Assembly (NCBI RefSeq): GCF_006345805.1
Contig: NC_043007.1
Coordinates: forward strand, 70,804,001 to 70,868,000
Reading direction: 5' to 3'
Source of the DNA: Octopus sinensis
Taxonomy: Eukaryota
Length of the DNA stretch: 64,000 nt
A program made the translations under genes and the position numbers. The first letter of the stretch is position 1. Each line of letters begins with the position of its first letter. The notes beneath the pieces are model-generated. The model was not told the DNA's origin and searched no databases. It was given only the letters and a program-made list of their open reading frames with translations. Of this stretch, positions 1 to 12,789 are shown piece after piece.

Positions 1-160
1 ATTATATTCTGAGTTCAAACATTGCTAAGGTCGACTTTGGTTTTCGTGTTTTGTGGGGCTGAAAAAGTAAAATGCCAGTCAAATACTGGGATTGAAGTAA
101 CTGACCAACATCCACCACTACTAAATTTCTGGCCTTGGGCCAAAATTTGAAAGAATTAAA
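1..160 (+). mobile_element. SINE family B fragment (3' part, degenerate)
   Basis: TTCTGAGTTCAAA..GGTCGACTTTG..CCAGTCAAATACTGGG matches the better copies at 46865-47095 and 63063-63309. Confidence 0.7.
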
Positions 161-409
161 TATTATTGTATTTACAACTGCTATATCAGAGTTTAGCCTA
201 CCTTTCACACAACTTAATATCGAAAATAAAAAGCTGATTTGAATAAAAATAAGATTTCCCATATCAACTTGGCAACAAGCATCAACTCAATGTCTGTCTT
301 TTATACTTTTAAAATTGGCATTTCACTCTATGACTACAACGAATGTTTGGTTGGAACTGATCAGACAGTGGTAGAATTACAATGTTACTAGTCAAACAAT
401 TGTCTTCTA

Positions 410-640
410 CAGTAAAATGGTCAGGATGTTGGGCTCATGATCATAAGATTGTGGTTTCAATTCCTGGACAGAGCGATGCATTATATTCTTGAGCAAAACT
501 CATCATTTCACATTGCTTCAGTCCACTCAGATGGCAAAAATGAGTAATCCAGTGAGGGACTGGTGTCCCATCCAGGTGGGGAATTTATACACCATGGAAA
601 CCAGGAAACTGGTCCTTATGAGTCAGCATAACTTTACTTT
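410..640 (+). mobile_element. tRNA-headed SINE family D with CORE-like central domain
   Basis: GGTTTCAATTCCTGGAC B-box-like motif followed by TTCTTGAGCAAAAC..CAGTCCACTCAGATGGCAAAAATGAGTA; same family as 9299-9535 and 21055-21240. Confidence 0.75.
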
Positions 641-775
641 TACATCTACAGTAATTTCTTCACAATAAAAACAGAAACACCAGCAGAAGAGATAAACACT
701 GGGCCACATTTTCTTTCTTAATTAGGTAGGCCAAAAAAGAGGCCTTGAAAATAAGGGATCAGGGAGCTGTGAATG

Positions 776-1005
776 AACTAGTTGATAAGAGCCATAAGTG
801 CAATCAGTAGGCATCACCTGGTTCAGCAGTAAGGGGAGACAGCCTCTGAGAAAGACATCCTCTCTTCTCTGACGTCTTCCCTTGCTGGTAGCAGTGAAAA
901 TGTTGATTGTTTCTGACCTGACCACCTCAAAAACTTGCTGTCTCTCCTTACTGCTGAAGCCAGGTGATGCCTACTGATTGCAATCATGGCTCATATCAAC
1001 TAGTT
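776..1005. repeat. Inverted repeat, arms 776-843 and 937-1005, about 93 nt spacer
   Basis: The right arm is the reverse complement of the left with about 4 substitutions and 1 indel. Confidence 0.9.
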
Positions 1006-1444
1006 ACTTTTCCACAAAGACTAAACAATGAACAACTAACTGTACTGGTAGCCAATGCCTTTGCATCCTTAATTAAAAAGCCTTGGACTCTGCTCAACCC
1101 AGTGGTTGGGAATAACTGTTCTAATTTGCTCTACTCACCCTTGGTTTCCCCAACAGTGGTGCCAATTGAGATGGCCTATCAACAACAGCTCTAGTCAGAA
1201 CTAACATTTCATCTTTCAGGCAGATATCCATACCCAATGTGTTCGAACATGCTGCACTCCACTCATTTGTACTCACAATCCTCCACAACTGATGTTTGTT
1301 TAAAGAGTTATCATGACCAGGTAAACATCAATCTTATTGAAGGTGATGTCTTGGTTACTGTCAAAGTAGTCGCCTTTGATGAGGAAGTATTGGCTGCCTC
1401 TGGCATCAAAATCCTGAGCCACCTACAGACCTCAGACCTTGTGA

Positions 1445-1660
1445 AAGTGATGAGCTGGAACATTCGTTAGCACAGACAAAATACTTAGCAGTATTTTTTT
1501 CTGGCTCTTTGCATTCTGAGTTCAAATTCCACCAAGAATGATTTTGGCTTTCATCCTTTCAGAGTCAATAAAATAAGTACCAGTCAAGTACTAGGGTTGA
1601 TATAATGGTCTTTCTCACTTACCTTGAAATTGCTGGATTTGTGCCAAACTTTGAAAGAAT
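1445..1660 (+). mobile_element. SINE family B, degenerate
   Basis: GAGCTGG..CGTTAGCAC..TTCTGAGTTCAAATTCC..CTTTCATCCTTTC..AAGTACCAG motifs. Confidence 0.75.
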
Positions 1661-1955
1661 AATTCTTGTAAAGTGTATTTTGTTGGGTTCTTAATAAATA
1701 TTATTGTCTGATGAAGATTTGCGTGTGTCTTTGGTGAATTCTTTGAAAACTTTTAACAGACTTGCCTTAGAAGGAGGGGGTTTGGGCGGTATTTCTCTCA
1801 TTCCCATCTGTCATGACAAATACAGGTGCTGAGGGAGACTCTTCTGTCTGCTGAAGGGTTAGCATTTAACCAGCAGTCAAGCTGTGACAAACCTGTTTTC
1901 TTTTCTGGTAAACTATATTCAGTATTAGCTTATATTCTATATTTAACTTTTACTA

Positions 1956-2660
1956 TATGAGGGGGTACTCCAAAGAAAGCGGAATTTTGCAATATCATTT
2001 TATTCACTTAGTTTTACATGTTTACACTTTTATCACCTTCAAAGTATTCTCCATTTGAAGCAATACTATTCAAAGTAGTACTGGAACTCTTGCAAAGTGA
2101 TGCCTTTTAATGCCTCTGTCATTTTTTTCTTCACATTTTCCACATCTGCAAATTCCATAGCACTAGCTTTCACTACCTGTGATGACCTTCAAAAGAGGTC
2201 CAGATCAACTTCCAACTGTTCTTTCAGTTCATGACATGCATTCGGTCATGACTGCTTTTGATCTTCTGATCTTGCTGCAACCCTTTTTGTTCACAATTCC
2301 TTGCTCAAAATTCGTTGGCAGGAGCTCCAGGATGCACCAGTCATATTAACAAGCTTGTCAATTGTTTAGTGATGGGCTTCCAAGATCAGTTCATGAATTT
2401 TCCTGATGCTTTCATTTGCTTGGGAGGTTGACAGTCGTCCTTAAGAAGGTTGGTCTTCAAGCAATTAGGCACCATTCCTAAAGCATGGAAACCACTCATA
2501 GCATCCTTGCAAGCTATTTAAAGCATGACAACAGTTTCAGTTGCTGTTTCCCCCAGCAGAAAACAGAATTTCATGGAAGCACACTGTTCCTTTGTTTCAG
2601 CCATTGCAAAAATTGACGAACAGGGGAGAAGCACAGCAAAACAAATATTCTGCTCAACAC
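1956..2660 (-). mobile_element. Decayed, internally deleted mariner element
   Basis: The minus strand from ATG at 2604 gives MAETKEQCASMKFCF..GETATETVVML, resembling the mariner N-terminal EQRxxIKFCFKLGKTATET helix-turn-helix. A TA-TGAGGGGGTAC terminus lies at 1956. Stops and frameshifts are present. Confidence 0.7.
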
Positions 2661-2664
2661 CACA

Positions 2665-3063
2665 GATTTGCTTGTCAGTTGTTTGACCTGAACCAGTTCA
2701 CCATGTCCCTTAGTGGCTGACGATATGTGCAACTCTGATCACAAGCAGAAGTAGTGGGGGAGCATCATAGCCATGTGTTGAGAGGGATTCTTTGGGGTTT
2801 GAATAATTCACCTCTGGAAACATAGGTGGTTCTTTCAACATCTTTAAACAACCCTTATTCAGGGACCTTTTGAGCGGGATGGGCTACTCAACCTGAAGAA
2901 AATTCTAACTGGGCCCCACCTGCAAGGTCATGTGCTGTTTATCTTGATAAGAGATCACCATGTCACGCACATATGGTTGGGATGCATGTGCCTGGTGAAC
3001 CCTTATCAGATGGGTAGTCATGATAGGTATACTCGGCTTTGTATATTTTACCCCAGTGTCACT
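2665..3063 (-). mobile_element. Probable interspersed repeat or LINE 5'-region fragment, unclassified
   Basis: GC-richer block abutting a mariner remnant and a (TAA)n tract; it resembles RTE-type leader sequence, but no family was assigned. Confidence 0.35.
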
Positions 3064-3119
3064 CGCTCACTCAATAATAATAATAATAATGATAATAATA
3101 ATAATTATAATAATAATAA

Positions 3120-3335
3120 TGGTTTCAAATTTTGCCACAAGGGCAGCAATATTGGGAGAGAGGATGAGTTGATTACATCGACCCCAGTGTTCAACTGGTA
3201 CTTATTTTATCGACCCTGAAAGGATGAAAGGCAAAGTTGACCTCAGCAGGATTTGAACTCACAATGTAAGGCTGGATGAAATGCTGCTAAGTATTTTGCC
3301 TGGTGTGCTAACAATTCTGCCAGCTTGCTGCCTTC
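3120..3335 (-). mobile_element. SINE family B next to a (TAA)n tract
   Basis: Reverse complement of the family B core (CTGGTACTTATTTTATCGACCCTGAAAGGATGAAAGGCAAAG). Confidence 0.85.
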
Positions 3336-4316
3336 GAACCTATCAAAATATTGCAGACATTTTATCTGACACTTTAACCACTCAGCACTATTACCTATCA
3401 AGAAAATCTGTCAGATGTGGATACACGATCTTTTGAAAGAATTAATAAATGTTAGATAGTAGTGAAGAGGCCTAAACTTTACTTCATTTCAGGAAGGAGT
3501 CTTTTATATGAAGACTGGAATTATTCTGATAATTATAAAATTATCAGTGATTATTTCATTTCAAAAGAATAGATTAAAAAATGAGCCCCTTATTTGCATA
3601 AATTACATTTAAGAAGTTTCAGGATTTTGCTGAGTATGTTATTTCTACTCTGTTTGTGGGTCTATGATTATGGGATTAGATAAAGGTTCTCTCAGAAGGG
3701 TGGGTGAGCTGTAGAGCGAGTGGGAATTTGGCTTATCAAGAAAATCATGGAAGTTTTTATAGATAAAGAATGTTGTATTATTTCAAATGCAAAGCTTGAA
3801 AAGTAATTATTAAATATATTAGAAATGATAAATGGATTGGAATAGCTGAGTTATTTCCAAATAAGTTTTGTGTTTTAACACCAGCAACTAAACGTTTGAA
3901 TGTCTTTAACAGGGTGTGGTGTGTTGCAAAAATTTGGGCAAAGTCTTCAGTGGAGGATAACTTTTTTTTTTCAATCTCAGACATCCAGGAAAGAGTCACG
4001 GGTACTACTCCCCTTCTCCCCGCGTTTACTCCCCTTCTTCACATTACTCCCTTTCCTTCCATCATTACCCTTCCTCTTCTCACTAAACCATGAAATAAAA
4101 CTAACAAAGCCCATACGAAAACCATATCTAAAAGTCTTGAAGAGACAATGGAATTCACTTCCAGCATATCTTTTTGTTATTGAGAAAAAGAAGTCCAATA
4201 AATAAATATATCCACTTTCTCTTTTTTCTTCTTCTAAATATCACCAAATTGTTGCAATATTGTTTGCATTCTCTTCACAGTAGAGCTTTTAGGCCAGGAT
4301 CTTTAACAGCTTTAAC

Positions 4317-4505
<189 letters not shown>

Positions 4506-4830
4506 CCTATATTCTTATCTGTTTTATTTATCCTCTGTGAATGGTGTTAGACATTTTCTCTGGTTAATGGATTGTTTATGTTTTGGTCACTCAATATGGA
4601 AGAGGATAGCTATCAAGAACTTAAGTGAAACAAATATTGGAAAATAGGCCTACAGTGGAATTTTCTAGCTTCAGAATATTTTCATAGTGAATAATCTTTC
4701 TTTTACTGGTTTCAGTCATTGGATAGTGACCATGCTATAGCATCACTGTCAAAGGTTTTAATAGATCATATTGATCTCCAGTTCATATTCCAGTCTGTAA
4801 CTTAATTTTATTAAAATCTGTTTGTTGAAC

Positions 4831-6063
4831 TATCAGGTTGTCGCATTTTTTATTACTTGTTATTTCAGTCAATTAAAAACTCAATTATGTATACCTTGCA
4901 TTTAATCTTGACTCTTTTCCTTTCTCAACAATATTGGTATACAAAATTTGTACCCACAGACCTTATGAAAAGGATAACAACCAAACTATGTTGAGTGATT
5001 TTCTTGTATGAGTACAAACTGGGTCACTCTGCTGCAGAAGCTCTATGGAATATCAAGCAGGCCTTTGGAAATGGTTTTGTTAACATCAGAACTGTTCAGA
5101 GATGGTTCGAAAGCTTTTGTTCAGATGATAGCCTTGAAAATAAACCAAGGAGTAGGCCAAAATCAGTTATTCAACATGATGGATTAAATGCTTTGGTTGA
5201 ACAAAATCTGAGAACAAAGGTTTAAAAACTTTCATCAGAACTCCAAACATTTTGCACAGCTGTTTTTGGACACCTGTAAAAAATTGGAAAAGTCAAGAAA
5301 ACAGATAGGTTTGTTCCACATCAACTGAACAAGATTAAAAAAAAACAGATGCCTTGAAGTGTGCTCCTTATTGCTTTCTCGACTGGAAAAAGACCATTTT
5401 CACATCAAATCATTACATGTGATGAGAAATGGATACTCTTTGATAACAGCAGGAGAACAGGACAGTGATTTGATGCAGGAGAGTCACCTAAACACTAATC
5501 AAACCCACCATTGCACACTAAAAAGTTAGAGGTCACTGTATGGTGGTCTGTGAAGGGAGTTATTCATTATTCATTTTGCAAAACAAGGAAAAATGGTAAC
5601 AGCAACATCGTATTGCCAAGAAATTGATTGTATGCATGAGAATTTGAAAAAGAACCAACCCAGACTAGTGAATAGAGTTGGCCCAATTTTGCTCCATGAC
5701 AATGCATGTCCTCACATTCCTCAAGCTACGGTCCAAAAGCTGCAAAGCCTGAATTAAGAGATTTTGCAACATCCTCCCTATTCCCTTGATATCTCTTGTA
5801 CTAATCATCACTTATATTTAAGAATTTTGAGCTTCTCATAAGCAGTAAAACATTCTTAAATAGAGAAGAGGTAATCGAAGCATTTGGACAGTTTATCACA
5901 GCAAAAGAGGAATTTAAAAAAAAAATGGAATACATGACATGCAGAAACGTAGGTTAAATGTCATAAATGAACATGGAGCATACTTTGATTAAATAAATCA
6001 GTTCTCTAACACTTCTGAAACATTTTATTTCAAATATGACATTTCATGTGAAACAACCTAATA
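4831..6063 (+). mobile_element. Near full-length decayed mariner (DD34D-type) transposon with transposase pseudogene
   Basis: TIR-like ends TATCAGGTTGTCGCA / TGAAACAACCTAATA. Motifs occur in order: IFLYEYKLGHSAAEA..TVQRWFESF (HTH), FVPHQL (WVPHEL-like), IITCDEKWILFDN, LLHDNACPH, HPPYSLDIS (YSPDL-like). Several stops and frameshifts. About 1.23 kb; it splits a family A SINE. Confidence 0.93.
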
Positions 6064-6147
6064 CTAAGTTATAGGACATAAAGAGACACAATATAAACCA
6101 ACAGCAGTTAAGTAACTATAAACATACATGCGTATGAATAAATCATG

Positions 6148-6189
<42 letters not shown>

Positions 6190-6353
6190 CATATATATAT
6201 ACATATATTGATATAGATATATATAAAGCATGATTTATTTGTAATCAGCAGCATTCATAAACTGAGGTACTACTGTATTAAATGAGTATGAGAAAGACAG
6301 GAGATAAAACACATTTTATTCATGATCAGAGTTGTTAAAAAACCAAGGTACTA

Positions 6354-6393
<40 letters not shown>

Positions 6394-6401
6394 TATATAT
6401 A

Positions 6402-6698
6402 TGGCTGTGTGGTAAGTAGCTTGCTTACGAACCACATGGTTACAGGTTCAGCACCTTGGGCAGGTGTCTTCTACTATAGCCTTGGGCCGACCAAAACCTT
6501 GTGAGTGGATTTGGTAAACAGAAACTGAAAGAAGCCCATCGTATGTATGTATATATATATATATATATGTACAACTTATAAACAAGGGCAAAAGAAAAAA
6601 AATTCTAATGCCATATATGCCGAAAATAGACAAAATCGTCAATAATCATATAATTCATCACTGATAGAATTTTTTTTGAAAAATTTTATCCTATATTA

Positions 6699-6770
<72 letters not shown>

Positions 6771-7325
6771 AATAAAACATATGCATACATACATACATAC
6801 ATATATGTACATCTATATGTATATATACATGCATATATGGGTACAGGACACCACAAATAAACGTAGAACACAACGAAAAACGAAAAAATAAAAGCAAAAC
6901 AAGGAAACGGACTTTTTTTAACAACAAAAAAACAGAGTACAAGACAAACAACACAAAGAACATTCCCCTTCTTCAGCTACCCCTGTTTTGACTCATTGCG
7001 TGTTTCGAAGGTAAGAGCAGAACACGACTACATTGAAACAGTCCTTCCCGCAAAGCGAATTAAATAAAAATTTTTTGCGGAGGGGTAAAAAAAGGCGACA
7101 AGAACAGGCTGTAAAAGCAATACAAATGAAGAAAAAAAACAGTACAAATAAAGATAAAAACAGTAAAAGACAGGACAAGGAAACCAGGAACATATATATT
7201 TATATGTGTGTGTGTGTGTATGTTTGTGTGTCTGTGTTTGTCCTCCTAACATCGCATGACAACTGATGCTGATGTGTTTACATCCCCGTAACCGAGCGAT
7301 TTGGCAAAAGAGTCCGATAAAGAAA
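6402..7325 (+). mobile_element. SINE family A split by a roughly 600 bp insertion in its central microsatellite
   Basis: The 5' half (TGGCTGTGTGGTAAGTAGC..GAAAGAAGCCC) is at 6402-6545 and the 3' half (TGTGTTTGTCC..GGCAAAAGAG) at about 7200-7325. Confidence 0.8.
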
Positions 7326-7808
7326 AAGTCCACTCTGCTCCCTCTCGCTTTGTCAGTGTCTCTATAAATTTAATCACTCATTTTCATATTTCTTTCTATA
7401 CTCCTTATTGTAGAATTTCAGTGTGAAGGACATTTTTGGAATGGTTTTAATAAAAAATACCTGCAATTAATATGGTTTAATTATACTCTTATTTACTTAT
7501 TTCACTTTTATGTATTTGTTTGTTTTTTAGTCAAGTGATTCTTTATTGTTTACACACCCTGCCAATATTTTTTCTTTGATTTAATCTTTGTAGAATAATC
7601 CAATCAAATGCTTCCTTCTTATCTCAATATTCTTCTTCTTAACCATTTCCTGCATCACAACTCCAGTTTTATTTGTAAATCAAAGACGTGATCCTCAGAA
7701 ACAGGAAACTTTGAGGTTATATTTTGGCATTCTATTTTCAGTTACTTTCATATTATTCTTCATTTCACTGAAGACTTTACTTTCAAGTGTTTATATAAAT
7801 ATGTATAG

Positions 7809-7976
7809 CATCATCATCATTACCATCATCATCATCATCATCAACATTGTCATCATTGTCATCGTTGCCACCACCACCACTACCACAATCATCATCATCA
7901 TCATTATCACCACCACCATCACCACCACCACCACCACCACCACCACCACTACCACCACCACCACCACCACCACCAC

Positions 7977-8044
<68 letters not shown>

Positions 8045-8075
8045 CCATTATCGTTATCATCATCTTCATCACCAT
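7809..8075. repeat. Compound (CAT)n/(CAC)n trinucleotide microsatellite
   Basis: Seen directly; it generates the poly-I/T, poly-S/P and poly-M/V ORFs. Confidence 0.97.
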
Positions 8076-8481
8076 TGTTGTATTTTATGTCCGTTTTCTT
8101 TTCTGTCCTGCATGGATTGGATGAAGCTTATCAAGGCCGTAGTCCATATCCAGATACTCTTATGTGTTCTTCAAACAAGTGGAGAAGATAAGTCAAGGCG
8201 TTGCCTCAGTGCTGCAAGGAGGTGAACATAAGTGAAGTGGTCAGACAGGAATGGAGACACAGAGTTGGGGCGGAAAGTAAGTAAGTAAGGAAAAGTTGTG
8301 AATGCAGTGAGAGGTAAAAATGAGTGGTGCAGGGTGATGGTGGCAGTGTCGGGAAGATGACTTGTAAAGGAGGTGGAGAGAGTTGTTGGAGACAGATTTG
8401 GTGCAGGGAGAGAAATATGAATTAGGAGGAGAGAGCACTAAGCAATGATGTGTACAAAATGCATTGTTATAACCAGTTCGA

Positions 8482-8698
8482 TGTTTCAGTCATTTGACTG
8501 TAGCCATGCTGGAGCACCGCCTTTAGTCGAGCAAATCGACCCCAGGACTTATTCTTTGTAAGCCTAGTACTTATTCTATCGGTCTCTTTTGCCAAACCGC
8601 TAAGTTACGGGGACATAAACACACCAGCATTGGTTGTCAAGTGATAGTGGTGGGGAAAAACAGAGACACAGAATTATATACACACACACATATATATA

Positions 8699-8736
<38 letters not shown>

Positions 8737-8914
8737 TATATATACATATATATGACAGGCTTCTTCCAATTTCCGTCTACCAAATCCACTCACAAGGCTT
8801 TGGACGGCCAGAGGCTATAGTAGAAGACACTTGCCCAAGGTGCCATGCAGTGGGACTGAACCTGGAACCATGTGGTTGATAAGCTAGCTACTTACCACAC
8901 AGCAACTCCTGAGC
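8482..8914 (-). mobile_element. SINE family A (tRNA-derived head, central microsatellite)
   Basis: Full reverse-complement copy of the GGAGTGGCTGTGTGGTAAG..GACTGAAACA family. Confidence 0.92.
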
Positions 8915-9298
8915 TTAATATTTACACATTTTGCCAGTACTTACACAATTTGTCTACAGAGAGAAATTTTCTCCATGACAAAACACAGCGAATGGCTAGT
9001 TTACGAGTTTGAATGGGTCACTAATATATTTGAACTGGTAATGACATTGTATTTATACACATCACTGCTTAGCACTCCCACCTTGTAATTTATTTACAAT
9101 CAGCCACCGATTAACACTACCAGCTGATGTACAATCACTGGAATCACATACGAGAGATTATCTCTCTTATCAGCTCGCAGTACCACCATCTGGTTTCTGT
9201 GACTGAAGATGAGATAACCACTCCAAAATGCTTGCATCTCACAGTCTGGATAAGTAGAACTGCAAGCTGATTTATGCGTATTTACACCATTTGTCAGT

Positions 9299-9535
9299 GG
9301 AGGCACGTGGCTTAGTGGTTAGGATGTCAGCATCATGATCATAAGATTGTGGTTTCGATTCCTGGACCGGGCGACGCGTTGTGTTCTTGAGCAAAACACT
9401 TCATTTCACATTGCTCCAGTCGACTCATCTGGCAAAAATGAGTAACGCTGCGATGGACTGGTGTCCCGCCATAGAAACCGGGAAACCAGGCCTATGAGCC
9501 TGGCTAGGCTTTAAAAAGGGCGTATTTATTATTTT
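9299..9535 (+). mobile_element. tRNA-headed SINE family D
   Basis: A-box GTGGCTTAGTGG and B-box GGTTTCGATTCC; TSD-like TTACACCATTTGTC / TTACACTATTTGTC flanks. Confidence 0.88.
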
Positions 9536-9739
9536 TTTTACACTATTTGTCTGCAGCAAGAAATTGTCTCCATGACAAAACACAGTGAATGGCTTGTTTA
9601 TGAGTTCAAACCTGGCATATTTGAACTGGTAAACCTGACAGATTCGAATAGCATAAGTATGAGTGATATGCCATTAGAGCTTCAGTTTTGCTTCGATGGA
9701 TGGGTCTTCCATCCATGGAAGATCCCCAATCATTTAGGG

Positions 9740-10110
9740 CAGTGGTTTTGAACCATTTTTTTACTTATAGACCCCTTTGATTTCTTTTTTGCTTGGGTGG
9801 GCCTTAATGGCTATTTGATGCAAAAAAAAAAATCCAATTATATTTTCATAATTCAAATATTACTCGGAATTTATCTTTTCTTTTAACTTTTACTTGTTTC
9901 AGTCATTAGACTGTGGCCATGCTGGGGCACTGCCTTGACAAATCTTTAGTTAAATGAATTGACTCCCGGTACTTAATATTTTTTTTTTAAAGCTGGTACT
10001 TATTCCATCGATCTGGTTTGCCGAACTGCTAAGTCGTAGGAATGTAAACACGTCAACACTGATTGTCAAATGGTGGTGGGGGACAAAGATACAAAAACAC
10101 ACACCCATAG

Positions 10111-10153
<43 letters not shown>

Positions 10154-10720
10154 TGCACACACACAATAGGCTTTCAGTTTCTGTATACCAAATCCACTCA
10201 CAAAGCTTTGGTGAGCCTTTGGTTATAGCAAAAGACACTTGTCCAAGGTGCCATACAGGGGGACTGAACTCTGAACCATGCGGTTGGGAAGCAAGGTCCT
10301 TACCACATAGTCATGCCTGAGTCTATTGTATAAAAAATTTAATAAAAAAAGATAGTTAAAATATTTTGCATATTGGTGAAGTATAACCAAGAATCTTGCA
10401 AACCAAATCCAAAAACGAAATATAACCAATTTATTGCACATAAATTTTGATTTCAAATTTTGGCACAAAGCCAGCAACTTTGTGGGAGGGGTAAGTTGGT
10501 TACATCAACTTCAGTGCTTGACTGGTACTTGTTTCATCGACCCTGAAAGGATGAAAGGTAAAAGCAACCATGATGGAATTTGAACTGAGGATGCAAGTAT
10601 GGACAAAATGCCTGGCGTGCTAACAATTCTGCCAGCTCGCCACCTTGTTATTGTAAATAAATTTTAACAACAAAATTTCTTATAGACCTCCAAGGGTCAT
10701 AAGGATCCAAATTGAAATGA
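9740..10720. mobile_element. hAT-like MITE remnant interrupted by SINE A (9886-10320, minus) and SINE B (10450-10645, minus)
   Basis: CAGTGGTTTTGAACCATTTTTT..TATAGACCCC terminus is related to the MITEs at 11851-12663; SINE motifs are clear inside. Confidence 0.6.
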
Positions 10721-10754
10721 AGTTCTTGTCATCTCCTCTGTGAAGTGCAGTATC

Positions 10755-10984
10755 TTAACTCTATTGTTACTATATTTCTGTTAAGATGTTCTGTGTTTCT
10801 TTCAATTGATTTTAAATATAACAAAGAATTTAGTAAAATAACATCGTTATCATTAAGCTAGTATTACGAACATAAATTGTGACTAAGATTTGGTGGAAGA
10901 TTTTAATTCAAAACTTTTGAAAACAAGACATTTGTACTACAGAACCAGAGATGGTTTCAGCCTGGTTAGTATCAAAAGGGTTAA
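10755..10984. mobile_element. piggyBac-like MITE (TTAA-flanked), family 1
   Basis: TTAA at both ends and an AAAGGG terminus; the body aligns with 45862-46087. Confidence 0.85.
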
Positions 10985-10989
10985 GATCA

Positions 10990-11380
10990 GTCTTCAATAC
11001 TTCGTCCCATGTTTTCCTGTGTCTTCTTCTTCTGAAGGTCCCATCTACATTTTGCAATTAGCAAATCTTTATGCACCTGTCCTCATCCATGTGCATCACA
11101 TGACTCTACAAGTGCAACCTTCTCTGTTGCACACAACATCTGGTGTATTTATGCCCAAATTTTCTCTCAGCATATTTGTCGTACATGCACACTGATGTTG
11201 CACATCCAGCAAAGCATGCTAACATCAATTCTTTCTAGCCTTTGTATGTCCTCTGCAGTTAAGGCCCACATTTCACTACCATGTGGCATTGCTGTTCATA
11301 TGCAAGCATCATGCGATTCATTCTGTGAGTGAAGCTTTTTGTTACCAACAGAGATAATAGCTCTCTCAACTTTCTCCCAC
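10990..11380 (-). mobile_element. RTE-type LINE 3' ORF fragment, degenerate
   Basis: The minus strand gives SMLCWMCNISVHVR..LRENLG..CCVQQRRL..HVMHMDEDRCIK, matching the RTE C-terminal MLRW..RRLRWYGHVxRM pattern. Confidence 0.7.
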
Positions 11381-11850
11381 ACACATATGCACACATGTGT
11401 ACAGACACACACACACACACTTGTGCACGTGAACATGCACACACACATGCATGCAGATAGTTGTCTAAGAAACTAAAAGTCAGAAAAAATATGTTCTTCT
11501 ATATTTGTCAATAGAGTGGGTATTATTAATCAAAGTGTACAGTATTATATATCTATTACAGCCAATCTTACCAATCGGTAATATATATATATATATATAT
11601 TATTCTTTATAAGCCTAGTCTTATTCTATCAGTCTCTTTTACCAAACCGCTAAGTTGCAAGGAGGTAAACACACCAGCATTGGTATATATGTATATACAC
11701 ACAAATACGTATATTGAGTGTTGACTTGTTATTGTGTAAGACAATCTTTTGTGCTGCTCTTTGCTTCCATTCAAAAATGTAGTCCTTCAAAGACACAGGT
11801 GTGTATGATGACCAGAAGACATGGCATGTCCCAAACTCTTCTTTCTAGAC

Positions 11851-12204
11851 CAGTGGGGTCCATATAACATGAGGGCATACACAAGCAAAATAGTAAACCG
11901 GGGATCCACAGGAGTATTTTAAGTGTCCATGAAAAAAATGTTTACCTTAGATGTATTTATAGTAAGATGCACCGAGGTTTCTTTCTCTAATGTTTAACAT
12001 GTTTCCAGTCACTGAAACACATTCCCTCAGAGAGTTCTATTGTAAAAACCAACACAAGTGAATGAGTGAAAAACAAAATAGGAATTTTGAAAGAAGTATC
12101 TATAAACTAGAGTTAAACATCAAATGGCAATGGTGATGGTGGGAGGCACCAGAAAAAGTAGTAATCAAAGAGGTCCATAGGTGGAAAATGCTTGAGAACC
12201 TCTG
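11851..12204. mobile_element. hAT-like MITE
   Basis: CAGTGG start and TTGAGAACCTCTG end, repeated GGTCCATA/GGGTCCAC subterminal motifs, left flank TTCTAGAC. Confidence 0.7.
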
Positions 12205-12212
12205 CTCTGAAT

Positions 12213-12663
12213 CAATGGTTCTGACCAAGGTTCATATGACACGTGGGGGGTCCATATAAGATTTTATTGTTAACATTTATGTGCAATAAAATGTTACACT
12301 TCTACATTACACAAAATATCTTTAACAATTTTTTTATACAATTCTTAGTGTGGAATTTTGTCAGCGAACAAGTCACGGTTTCAAGGTGATGAAAGTATTT
12401 TGACAAATTAAATTTAAATGTTGAAATGAATCTAATGGTCTTTGTGTGTTTTTAAATGGCTTATAAACACCTTCCACACTGCATTGTTTTTGTTTCAGCA
12501 CACAATCTCAGATCGAGTCACTTGCTATGCAAGTACATCTCCATAAATTAATAAAATTTACTTATAAGAATAGGATTTTTTAAAACATCAAATGGCTATG
12601 AGCTCACCTGAATATAATAGGAATCAAAGGAGTCCACAGGCAAAAAATGGTTGAGAAACACTG
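12213..12663. mobile_element. hAT-like MITE with an internal insertion (about 12345-12545)
   Basis: CAATGGTTCT start and GGTTGAGAAACACTG end; related to 11851-12204. Confidence 0.7.
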
Positions 12664-12789
12664 CACTAGGCATTAAGGGCATTTTCAAGGAGAAGACTGC
12701 CCCATGAACAACCAGGAATTTGCGACCTCTCCCATTTCTACTCTATGTTGTCAGTATGTTGATGACCAAAGAAATTAGTGGATTGGTGA

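Noticed and set aside
6955-7012. Possible hammerhead on the minus strand (GAAA..CTGAAGA), with similar words at 14276-14315, 1704-1760 and 45020-45050
   Set aside because: Core words are present, but I could not form all three stems with correct spacing.
8095-8450. Possible LINE 3' remnant on the minus strand
   Set aside because: The purine-rich block is suggestive but too decayed to show a diagnostic motif.
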